64,000 bases of DNA, from assembly GCA_964016885.1 (NCBI GenBank), contig OZ024744.1, forward strand, positions 134,168,001 to 134,232,000, read 5' to 3'. The notes beneath the pieces are model-generated. The model searched no databases, had not been told where the DNA came from, and saw only the letters and a program-made list of their open reading frames with translations. Of this stretch, positions 10,180-21,400 are shown one piece after another. Numbering within the stretch: position 1 is the stretch's first letter; every line of letters begins with the position of its first letter. The stretch is from Eledone cirrhosa. Taxonomy: Eukaryota. Both the position numbers and the translations under genes were made by a program.

Positions 10180-13100
10180 AAGTTGGGGATAAGTTAAGTT
10201 GGGGTTAAGTTAAGTTGGGGTTAAGTTAAGTTGGGGTTAAGTTAAGTTGGGGCTAAGTTAAGTTGGGGATAAGTTAAGTTGGGGTTAAGTTAAGTTGAGG
10301 TTAAGTTAAGTTGGGGTTAAATTAAGTTGGGGTTAAGTTAAGTTGGGGTTAAGTTAAGTTGGGGTTACGTTAAGTTGGGGATAAGTTAAGTTGGGGATAA
10401 TTTAAGTTGGGGTTAAGTTAAGTTGGGTTTAAGTTAAGTTGGGGTTAAGTTAAGTTGGGGATAAGTTAAGTTGGGGTTAAGTTAAGTTGGGGTTAAGTTA
10501 AGTTGGGGTTAAGTTAAGTTGGGGCTAAGTTAAGTTGGGGCTGAGTTAAGTTGGGGTTAAGTTAAGTTGGGGTTAAGTTAAGTTGGGGTTAATTTAAGTT
10601 GGGGTTTATTTAAGTTGGGGTTACGTTAAGTTGGTGTTAAGTTAAGTTGGGGTTAATTTAAGTTGGGGTTAATTAAGTTGGGGTTAAGTTAAGTTGGGGT
10701 TAAGTTAAGTTGGGGTTAATTTAAGTTGGGGTTGAGTTAAGTTGGGGTTAAGTTAAGTTGGGGTTATATTAAGTTGGGGTTAAGTTACGTTGGGGTTCAG
10801 TTAAGTTGGGTATAAGTTAAGTTGGGGTTAAGTTAATTTGGGGTTAAGTTAAGTTGGGGTTAAGTTAAGTTGGGGTTAAGTTAAGTTGGGGTTAAGTTAA
10901 GTTGGTGTTAAGTTAAGTTGGGGCTAAGTTAAGTTGGGGCTGAGTTAAGTTGGGGCTGAGTTAAGTTGGGGTTAAGTTAAGTTGGGGTCAAGTTAAGTTG
11001 GGGTTAAGTTGGGGTTAAGTTAAGTTAGGTTTAAGTTAAGATGGGGTTAAGTTAAGTTGGGGTTAAGTTAAGTTGGGGTTAAGTTAAGTCGGGGTTAAGT
11101 TAAGTTGGGGTTAAGTTAAGTTGGGGTTAATTTAAGTTGGGGTTAAGTTAAGTTGGGGTCAAGTTAAGTTGGGGTTAAGTTGGGGTTAAGTTAATTTGTG
11201 GTTAAGTTAAGTTGGGGTTAAGTTAAGTTGGGGTTAAGTTAAGTTGGGGTTAAGTTAAGTCGGGGTTAAGTTAAGTTGGGGTTAAGTTAAGTTGGGGTTA
11301 ATTTAAGTTGGGGTTAAGTTAAGTTGGGGTCAAGTTAAGTTGGGGTTAAGTTGGGGTTAAGTTAAGTTAGGTTTAAGTTAAGTTGGGGTTAAGTTAAGTT
11401 GGGGTTAAGTTAAGTTGGGGTTAAGTTAAGTTGGGGTTAAGTTAATTTGTGGTTAAGTTAAGTTGGGGTTAAGTTAAGTTGGGGTTAAGTTAAGTTGGGG
11501 TTAAGTTAAGTCGGGGTTAAGTTAAGTTGGGGTTAAGTTAAGTTGGGGTTAATTTAAGTTGGGGTTAAGTTAAGTTGGGGTTAAGTTAAGTTGGGGTTAA
11601 ATTAAGTTGGGGTTATGTTAAGTTGGGGTTAAGTCAAGTTGGGGTTAAGTTAAGTTGGGGATAAGTTAAGTTGGGGATAATTTAAGTTGGGGTTAAGTTA
11701 AGTTGGGTTTAAGTTAAGTTGGGGTTAAGTTAAGTTGGGGTTAAGTTAAGTTGGGGTTAAGTTAAGTTGGGGTTAAGTTAAGTTGGGGTTAAGTTAAGTT
11801 GGGGCTAAGTTAAGTTGGGGCTGAGTTAAGTTGGGGTTAAGTTAAGTTGGGCTTAATTTAAGTCGGGGTTAAGTTAAGTTAGGGTTCAGTTAAGTTGGGG
11901 TTAAGTTAAGTTGGGGTTAAGTTAAGTTGGGGTTAAGTTAAGTCGGGGTTAAGTTAAGTTGGGGTTAAGTTAAGTTGGGGTTAAGTTAAGTCGGGGTTAA
12001 GTTAAGTTGGGGTTAAGTTAAGTTGGGGTTAATTTAAGTTGGGGTTAAGTTAAGTTGGGGTTAAGTTAAGTTGGGGTTAAGTTAAGATGGGTTTAAGTTA
12101 AGTTGTGGTTAAGTTAAGTTGGGGTTAAGTTAAGTTGGGGTTAAGTTAAGTTGGGGTTAATTTAAGTTGGGGCTAAGTTAAGTTGGGACTGAGTTAAGTT
12201 GGGGTTAAGTTAAGTTGGGGTTAAGTTAAGTTGGGGTTAAGTTAAGTTGGAGTTTATTTAAGTTGGGGTTAAGTTAAGTTGGGGTTCAGTTAAGTTGGGG
12301 TTAAGTTAAGTTGGGGTTAAGATGGGGTTAAATTAAGTTGGGGTTAAGTTAAGTTGGGGTTAATTTAAGTTGGGGTTAAGTTAAGTTGGGGTTAAGTTAA
12401 GTTGGGGATAAGTTAAGTTGGGGTTAAGTTAAGTTGGGGTTAAGTTAAGTTGGGGTTAAGTTAAGTTGGGGCTAAGTTAAGTTGGGGATAAGTTAAGTTG
12501 GGGTTAAGTTAAGTTGAGGTTAAGTTAAGTTGGGGTTAAATTAAGTTGGGGTTAAGTTAAGTTGGGGTTAAGTTAAGTTGGGGTTACGTTAAGTTGGGGA
12601 TAAGTTAAGTTGGGGATAATTTAAGTTGGGGTTAAGTTAAGTTGGGTTTAAGTTAAGTTGGGGTTAAGTTAAGTTGGGGATAAGTTAAGTTGGGGTTAAG
12701 TTAAGTTGGGGTTAAGTTAAGTTGGGGTTAAGTTAAGTTGGGGCTAAGTTAAGTTGGGGCTGAGTTAAGTTGGGGTTAAGTTAAGTTGGGGTTAAGTTAA
12801 GTTGGGGTTAATTTAAGTTGGGGTTTATTTAAGTTGGGGTTACGTTAAGTTGGTGTTAAGTTAAGTTGGGGTTAATTTAAGTTGGGGTTAATTAAGTTGG
12901 GGTTAAGTTAAGTTGGGGTTAATTTAAGTTGGGGTTGAGTTAAGTTGGGGTTAAGTTAAGTTGGGGTTATATTAAGTTGGGGTTAAGTTACGTTGGGGTT
13001 CAGTTAAGTTGGGTATAAGTTAAGTTGGGGTTAAGTTAATTTGGGGTTAAGTTAAGTTGGGGTTAAGTTAAGTTGGGGTTAAGTTAAGTTGGGGTTAAGT

Positions 13101-14520
13101 TAAGTTGGTGTTAAGTTAAGTTGGGGCTAAGTTAAGTTGGGGCTGAGTTAAGTTGGGGCTGAGTTAAGTTGGGGTTAAGTTAAGTTGGGGTCAAGTTAAG
13201 TTGGGGTTAAGTTGGGGTTAAGTTAAGTTAGGTTTAAGTTAAGATGGGGTTAAGTTAAGTTGGGGTTAAGTTAAGTTGGGGTTAAGTTAAGTCGGGGTTA
13301 AGTTAAGTTGGGGTTAAGTTAAGTTGGGGTTAATTTAAGTTGGGGTTAAGTTAAGTTGGGGTCAAGTTAAGTTGGGGTTAAGTTGGGGTTAAGTTAATTT
13401 GTGGTTAAGTTAAGTTGGGGTTAAGTTAAGTTGGGGTTAAGTTAAGTTGGGGTTAAGTTAAGTCGGGGTTAAGTTAAGTTGGGGTTAAGTTAAGTTGGGG
13501 TTAATTTAAGTTGGGGTTAAGTTAAGTTGGGGTCAAGTTAAGTTGGGGTTAAGTTGGGGTTAAGTTAAGTTAGGTTTAAGTTAAGTTGGGGTTAAGTTAA
13601 GTTGGGGTTAAGTTAAGTTGGGGTTAAGTTAAGTTGGGGTTAAGTTAATTTGTGGTTAAGTTAAGTTGGGGTTAAGTTAAGTTGGGGTTAAGTTAAGTTG
13701 GGGTTAAGTTAAGTCGGGGTTAAGTTAAGTTGGGGTTAAGTTAAGTTGGGGTTAATTTAAGTTGGGGTTAAGTTAAGTTGGGGTTAAGTTAAGTTGGGGT
13801 TAAATTAAGTTGGGGTTATGTTAAGTTGGGGTTAAGTCAAGTTGGGGTTAAGTTAAGTTGGGGATAAGTTAAGTTGGGGATAATTTAAGTTGGGGTTAAG
13901 TTAAGTTGGGTTTAAGTTAAGTTGGGGTTAAGTTAAGTTGGGGTTAAGTTAAGTTGGGGTTAAGTTAAGTTGGGGTTAAGTTAAGTTGGGGTTAAGTTAA
14001 GTTGGGGCTAAGTTAAGTTGGGGCTGAGTTAAGTTGGGGTTAAGTTAAGTTGGGCTTAATTTAAGTCGGGGTTAAGTTAAGTTAGGGTTCAGTTAAGTTG
14101 GGGTTAAGTTAAGTTGGGGTTAAGTTAAGTTGGGGTTAAGTTAAGTCGGGGTTAAGTTAAGTTGGGGTTAAGTTAAGTTGGGGTTAAGTTAAGTTGGGGT
14201 TAAGTTAAGTTGGGGTTAAGTTAAGATGGGTTTAAGTTAAGTTGTGGTTAAGTTAAGTTGGGGTTAAGTTAAGTTGGGGTTAAGTTAAGTTGGGGTTAAT
14301 TTAAGTTGGGGCTAAGTTAAGTTGGGACTGAGTTAAGTTGGGGTTAAGTTAAGTTGGGGTTAAGTTAAGTTGGGGTTAAGTTAAGTTGGAGTTTATTTAA
14401 GTTGGGGTTAAGTTAAGTTGGGGTTCAGTTAAGTTGGGGTTAAGTTAAGTTGGGGTTAAGATGGGGTTAAATTAAGTTGGGGTTAAGTTAAGTTGGGGTT
14501 AATTTAAGTTGGGGTTAAGT
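10180..14520 (+). repeat. About 2.2-kb tandem duplication (about 10180-12400 and 12400-14520)
   Basis: TTACGTTAAGTTGGGGATA C at 10368/12587 (2219); GTTACGTTGGGG 10788/12991 (2203); TTATGTTAAG 11615/13818 (2203); GATGGGTTTAAG 12087/14226 (2139). Confidence 0.85.
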
Positions 14521-17500
14521 TAAGTTGGGGTTAAGTTAAGTCGGGGTTAAGTTAAGTCGGGGTTAAGTTAAGTTAGGGTTCAGTTAAGTTGGGGTTAAGT
14601 TAAGTTGGGGTTGAGTTAAGTTGGGGTTGAGTTAAATTGGGGTTGAGTTAAGTTGGGGTTGAGTTAAGTTGGTGTTGAGTTAAGTTGGGGTTAAGTTAAG
14701 TTGGGGTTACGTTAATTTGTGGTTAAGTTAAGTTGGGGTTAAGTTAAGTTGGGGTTAAGTTAAGTTGGGGTTAAGTTAAGTCGGGGTTAAGTTAAGTTGG
14801 GGTTGAGTTAAGTTGGGGTTAATTTAAGTTGGGGTTAAGTTAAGTTGGGGTTAAGTTAAGTTGGGGTTAAGTTAAGTTGGGGTTAAGTTAAGTTGGGGTT
14901 AAGTTAAGTTGAGGTTAAGTTAAGTTGGGGTTAAATTAAGTTGGGGTTAAGTTAAGTTGGGGTTAAGTTAAGTTGGGGTTAAGTTAAGTTGGGGATAAGT
15001 TAAGTTGGGGATAATTTAAGTTGGGGTTAAGTTAAGTTGGGTTTAAGTTAAGTTGGGGTTAAGTTAAGTTCGGGATAAGTTAAGTTGGGGTTAAGTTAAG
15101 TTGGGGTTAAGTTAAGTTGGGGTTAAGTTAAGTTGGGGCTAAGTTAAGTTGGGGCTGAGTTAAGTTGGGGTTAAGTTAAGTTGGGGTTAAGTTAAGTTGG
15201 GGTTAATTTAAGTTGGGGTTTATTTAAGTTGGGGTTACGTTAAGTTGGTGTTAAGTTAAGTTGGGGTTAATTTAAGTTGGGGTTAATTAAGTTGGGGTTA
15301 AGTTAAGTTGGGGTTAAGTTAAGTTGGGGTTAATTTAAGTTGGGGTTGAGTTAAGTTGGGGTTAAGTTAAGTTGGAGTTATATTAAGTTGGGGTTAAGTT
15401 AAGTTGGGGTTCAGTTAAGTTGGGTATAAGTTAAGTTGGGGTTAAGTTAAGTTGGGGTTAAGTTAAGTTGGGGTTAAGTTAAGTTGGTGTTAAGTTAAGT
15501 TGGGGCTAAGTTAAGTTGGGGCTGAGTTAAGTTGGGGCTGAGTTAAGTTGGGGTTAAGTTAAGTTGGGGTCAAGTTAAGTTGGGGTTAAGTTGGGGTTAA
15601 GTTAAGTTAGGTTTAAGTTAAGATGGGGTTAAGTTAAGTTGGGGTTAAGTTAAGTTGGGGTTAAGTTAAGTCGGGGTTAAGTTAAGTTGGGGTTAAGTTA
15701 AGTTGGGGTTAATTTAAGTTGGGGTTAAGTTAAGTTGGGGTCAAGTTAAGTTGGGGTTAAGTTGGGGTTAAGTTAATTTGTGGTTAAGTTAAGTTGGGGT
15801 TAATTTGGGGTTAAGTTAAGTTAGGTTTAAGTTAAGTAGGGGTTAAGTTAAGTTGGGGTTAAGTTAATTTGTGGTTAAGTTAAGTTGGGGTTAAGTTGGG
15901 GTTAAGTTAAGTTAGGTTTAAGTTAAGTTGGGGTCAAGTTAAGTTGGGGTTAAGTTGGGGTTAAGTTAAGTTAGGTTTAAGTTAAGTTGGGGTTAAGTTA
16001 AGTTGGGGTTAAGTTAAGTTGGGGTTAAGTTAATTTGGGGTTAAGTTAATTTGTGGTTAAGTTAAGTTGGGGTTAAGTTAAGTTGGGGTTAAGTTAAGTT
16101 GGGGTTAAGTTAAGTCGGGGTTAAGTTAAGTTGGGGTTAAGTTAAGTTGGGGTTAATTTAAGTTGGGGTTAAGTTAAGTTGGGGTTAAGTTAAGTTGGGG
16201 TTAAATTAAGTTGGGGTTAAGTTAAGTTGGCGTTAAGTCAAGTTGGGGTTAAGTTAAGTTGGGGATAAGTTAAGTTGGGGATAATTTAAGTTGGGGTTAA
16301 GTTAAGTTGGGTTTAAGTTAAGTTGGGGTTAAGTTAAGTTGGGGTTAAGTTAAATTGGGGTTAAGTTAAGTTGGGGTTAAGTTAAGTTGGGGTTAAGTTA
16401 AGTTGGGGCTAAGTTAAGTTGGGGCTGAGTTAAGTTGGGGTTAAGTTAAGTTGGGCTTAATTTAAGTCGGGGTTAAGTTAAGTTAGGGTTCAGTTAAGTT
16501 GGGGTTAAGTTAAGTTTGGGTTAAGTTAAGTTGGGGTTAAGTTAAGTTGGGGTTAAGTTAAGTTGGGGTTAAGTTAAGTTGAGGTTAAGTTAAGTTGGGG
16601 TTAAATTAAGTTGGGGTTAAGTTAAGTTGGGGTTAAGTTAAGTTGGAGTTAAGTTAAGTTGGGGTTAAGTTAAGTTGGGGTTAAATTAAGTTGGGGTTAA
16701 GTTAAGTTGGGGTTAAGTTAATTTGGGGTTAAGTTGGGGTCAAGTTAAGTTGGGGTTAAGTTAAGTTGGGGTTAATTTAAGTTGGGGTTTATTTAAGTTG
16801 GGGTTACGTTAAGTTGGTGTTAAGTTAAGTTGGGGTTAATTTAAGTTGGGGTTAATTAAGTTGGGGTTAAGTTAAGTTGGGGTTAAGTTAAGTTGGGGTT
16901 AATTTAAGTTGGGGTTGAGTTAAGTTGGGGTTAAGTTAAGTTGGGGTTATATTAAGTTGGGGTTAAGTTAAGTTGGGGTTCAGTTAAGTTGGGTATAAGT
17001 TAAGTTGGGGTTAAGTTAAGTTGGTGTTAAGTTAAGTTGGGGCTGAGTTAAGTTGGGGTTAAGTTAAGTTGGGGTCAAGTTAAGTTGGGGTTAAGTTGGG
17101 GTTAAGTTAAGTTAGGTTTAAGTTAAGATGGGGTTAAGTTAAGTTGGGGTTAAGTTAAGTTGGGGTTAAGTTAAGTCGGGGTTAAGTTAAGTTGGGGTTA
17201 AGTTAAGTTGGGGTTAATTTAAGTTGGGGTTAAGTTAAGTTGGGGTCAAGTTAAGTTGGGGTTAAGTTGGGGTTAAGTTAATTTGTGGTTAAGTTAAGTT
17301 GGGGTTAAGTTAAGTTGGGGTTAAGTTAAGTTGGGGTTAAGTTAAGTCGGGGTTAAGTTAAGTTGGGGTTAAGTTAAGTTGGGGTTAATTTAAGTTGGGG
17401 TTAAGTTAAGTTGGGGTCAAGTTAAGTTGGGGTTAAGTTGGGGTTAAGTTAAGTTAGGTTTAAGTTAAGTTGGGGTTAAGTTAAGTTGGGGTTAAGTTAA

Positions 17501-18429
17501 GTTGGGGTTAAGTTAAGTTGGGGTTAAGTTAATTTGTGGTTAAGTTAAGTTGGGGTTAAGTTAAGTTGGGGTTAAGTTAAGTTGGGGTTAAGTTAAGTCG
17601 GGGTTAAGTTAAGTTGGGGTTAAGTTAAGTTGGGGTTAATTTAAGTTGGGGTTAAGTTAAGTTGGGGTTAAGTTAAGTTGGGGTTAAATTAAGTTGGGGT
17701 TAAGTTAAGTTGGGGTTAAGTCAAGTTGGGGTTAAGTTAAGTTGGGGATAAGTTAAGTTGGGGATAATTTAAGTTGGGGTTAAGTTAAGTTGGGTTTAAG
17801 TTAAGTTGGGGTTAAGTTAAGTTGGGGTTAAGTTAAGTTGGGGTTAAGTTAAGTTGGGGCTAAGTTAAGTTGGGGCTGAGTTAAGTTGGGGTTAAGTTAA
17901 GTTGGGCTTAATTTAAGTCGGGGTTAAGTTAAGTTAGGGTTCAGTTAAGTTGGGGTTAAGTTAAGTTGGGGTTAAGTTAAGTTGGGGTTAAGTTAAGTCG
18001 GGGTTAAGTTAAGTTGGGGTTAAGTTAAGTTGGGGTTAAGTTAAGTCGGGGTTAAGTTAAGTTGGGGTTAAGTTAAGTTGGGGTTAATTTAAGTTGGGGT
18101 TAAGTTAAGTTGGGGTTAAGTTAAGTTGGGGTTAAGTTAAGATGGGGTTAATTTAAGTTGGGGTTAAGTTAAGTTGAGGTTAAGTTAAGTTGGGGTTAAA
18201 TTAAGTTGGGGTTAAGTTAAGTTGGGGTTAAGTCAAGTTGGGGTTAAGTTAAGTTGGGGATAAGTTAAGTTGGGGATAATTTAAGTTGGGTTTGAGTTAA
18301 GTTGGGGTTAAGTTAAGTTGGGGTTAAGTTAAGTTGGGGTTAAGTTAAGTTGGGGTTAATTTAAGTTGGGGCTAAGTTAAGTTGGGACTGAGTTAAGTTG
18401 GGGTTAAGTTAAGTTGGGGTTAATTTAAG

Positions 18430-21400
18430 TTGGGGTTAAGTTAAGTTGGGGTTAAGTTAAGTCGGGGTTAAGTTAAGTCGGGGTTAAGTTAAGTTAGGGT
18501 TCAGTTAAGTTGGGGTTAAGTTAAGTTGGGGTTGAGTTAAGTTGGGGTTGAGTTAAATTGGGGTTGAGTTAAGTTGGGGTTGAGTTAAGTTGGTGTTGAG
18601 TTAAGTTGGGGTTAAGTTAAGTTGGGGTTAAGTTAATTTGTGGTTAAGTTAAGTTGGGGTTAAGTTAAGTTGGGGTTAAGTTAAGTTGGGGTTAAGTTAA
18701 GTCGGGGTTAAGTTAAGTTGGGGTTGAGTTAAGTTGGGGTTAATTTAAGTTGGGGTTAAGTTAAGTTGGGGTTAAGTTAAGTTGGGGTTAAGTTAAGTTG
18801 GGGTTAAGTTATATTGAGGTTAAGTTAAGTTGGGGTTAAATTAAGTTGGGGTTAAGTTAAGTTGGGGTTAAGTTAAGTTGGGGTTAAGTTAAGTTGGGGA
18901 TAAGTTAAGTTGGGGATAATTTAAGTTGGGGTTAAGTTAAGTTGGGTTTAAGTTAAGTTGGGGTTAAGTTAAGTTGGGGATAAGTTAAGTTGGGGTTAAG
19001 TTAAGTTGGGGTTAAGTTAAGTTGGGGTTAAGTTAAGTTGGGGCTAAGTTAAGTTGGGGCTGAGTTAAGTTGGGGTTAAGTTAAGTTGGGGTTAAGTTAA
19101 GTTGGGGTTAATTTAAGTTGGGGTTTATTTAAGTTGGGGTTACGTTAAGTTGGTGTTAAGTTAAGTTGGGGTTAATTTAAGTTGGGGTTAATTAAGTTGG
19201 GGTTAAGTTAAGTTGGGGTTAAGTTAAGTTGGGGTTAATTTAAGTTGGGGTTGAGTTAAGTTGGGGTTAAGTTAAGTTGGGGTTATATTAAGTTGGGGTT
19301 AAGTTAAGTTGGGGTTCAGTTAAGTTGGGTATAAGTTAAGTTGGGGTTAAGTTAAGTTGGGGTTAAGTTAAGTTGGGGTTAAGTTAAGTTGGTGTTAAGT
19401 TAAGTTGGGGCTAAGTTAAGTTGGGGCTGAGTTAAGTTGGGGCTGAGTTAAGTTGGGGTTAAGTTAAGTTGGGGTCAAGTTAAGTTGGGGTTAAGTTGGG
19501 GTTAAGTTAAGATGGGGTTAAGTTAAGTTGGGGTTAAGTTAAGTTGGGGTTAAGTTAATTTGTGGTTAAGTTAAGTTGGGGTTAAGTTAAGTTGGGGTTA
19601 AGTTAAGTTGGGGTTAAGTTAAGTCGGGGTTAAGTTAAGTTGGGGTTAAGTTAAGTTGGGGTTAATTTAAGTTGGGGTTAAGTTAAGTTGGGGTCAAGTT
19701 AAGTTGGGGTTAAGTTGGGGTTAAGTTAAGTTAGGTTTAAGTTAAGTTGGGGTTAAGTTAAGTTGGGGTTAAGTTAAGTTGGGGTTAAGTTAAGTTGGGG
19801 TTAAGTTAAGTTGGGGTTAAGTTAATTTGTGGTTAAGTTAAGTTGGGGTTAAGTTAAGTTGGGGTTAAGTTAAGTTGGGGTTAAGTTAAGTCGGGGTTAA
19901 GTTAAGTTGGGGTTAAGTTAAGTTGGGGTTAATTTAAGTTGGGGTTAAGTTAAGTTAGGGTTAAGTTAAGTTGGGGTTAAATTAAGTTGGGGTTAAGTTA
20001 AGTTGGGGTTAAGTCAAGTTGGGGTTAAGTTAAGTTGGGCATAAGTTAAGTTGGGGATAATTTAAGTTGGGGTTAAGTTAAGTTGGGTTTAAGTTAAGTT
20101 GGGGTTAAGTTAAGTTGGGGTTAAGTTAAGTTGGGGTTAAGTTAAGTTGGGGTTAAGTTAAGTTGGGGTTAAGTTAAGTTGGGGCTGAGTTAAGTTGGGG
20201 TTAAGTTAAGTTGGGCTTAATTTAAGTCGGGGTTAAGTTAAGTTAGGGTTCAGTTAAGTTGGGGTTAAGTTAAGTTGGGGTTAAGTTAAGTTGGGGTTAA
20301 GTTAAGTCGGGGTTAAGTTAAGTTGGGGTTAAGTTAAGTTGGGGTTAAGTTAAGTCGGGGTTAAGTTAAGTTGGGGTTAAGTTAAGTTGGGGTTAATTTA
20401 AGTTGGGGTTAAGTTAAGTTGGGGTTAAGTTAATTTGGGGTTAAGTTAAGATGGGGTTAATTTAAGTTGGGGTTAAGTTAAGTTGAGGTTAAGTTAAGTT
20501 GGGGTTAAATTAAGTTGGGGTTAAGTTAAGTTGGGGTTAAGTCAAGTTGGGGTTAAGTTAAGTTGGGGATAAGTTAAGTTGGGGATAATTTAAGTTGGGT
20601 TTAAGTTAAGTTGGGGTTAAGTTAAGTTGGGGTTAAGTTAAGTTGGGGTTAAGTTAAGTTGGGGTTAATTTAAGTTGGAGCTAAGTTAAGTTGGGACTGA
20701 GTTAAGTTGGGGTTAAGTTAAGTTGGGGTTAAGTTAAGTTGGGGTTAAGTTAAGTTGGAGTTTATTTAAGTTGGGGTTAAGTTAAGTTGGGGTTCAGTTA
20801 AGTTGGGGTTAAGTTAAGTTGGGGTTAAGATGGGGTTAAATTAAGTTGGGGTTAAGTTAAGTCGGGGTTAAGTTAAGTCGGGGTTAATTAAGTTAGGGTT
20901 CAGTTAAGTTGGGGTTAAGTTAAGTTGGGGTTGAGTTAAGTTGGGGTTGAGTTAAATTGGGGTTGAGTTAAGTTGGGGTTGAGTTAAGTTGGTTTTGAGT
21001 TAAGTTGGGGTTAAGTTAAGTTGGGGTTAAGTTAAGTTGCAGTTAAGTTAAGTTGAGGTTAAGTTAAGGTGCGGTTAAGTTAAGTTGGGGTTAAGTTAAG
21101 TTGGGGCTAAGTTAAGTTGGGGCTAAGTTAAGTTGGGGCTAAGTTAAGTTGGGGTTAAGTTAAGTCGAGGTTAAGTTAAGTTGGGGTTAAGTTAAGTTGA
21201 GGTTAATTTAATTTGGGGTTAAGTTAAGTTGGGGTTAAGTTAAGTTGGGGTTAAGTTAAGTTGGGGTTAAGTTAAGTTGGGTTTAAGTTAAGTTGCGGTT
21301 AAGTTAAGTTGGGGTCAAGTTAAGTTGGGGTTAAGTTAAGTTGGGGTTGAGTTAAGTTGGGGTTGAGTTAAATTGGCGTTGAGTTAAGTTGGGGTTGAGG

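Larger units (their letters stand above)
1230..16530 (+). repeat. First copy of a large block that recurs about 30 kb downstream (31230-35313) and 45-47 kb downstream (about 48530-61380)
   Basis: TTAATTCGGGG C at 1742/31746/49044; GGAGATAAG A at 4133/34137/51435; GGGATTGAG 5596/52978; TTCGGGATA 6041/53423; GTTACGTTGGGG 10788/57625; GGTTATGTTAAG 11615/58452; GGAGTTATATT 15376/60218; AGTTTGGG 16515/61357. Confidence 0.85.
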
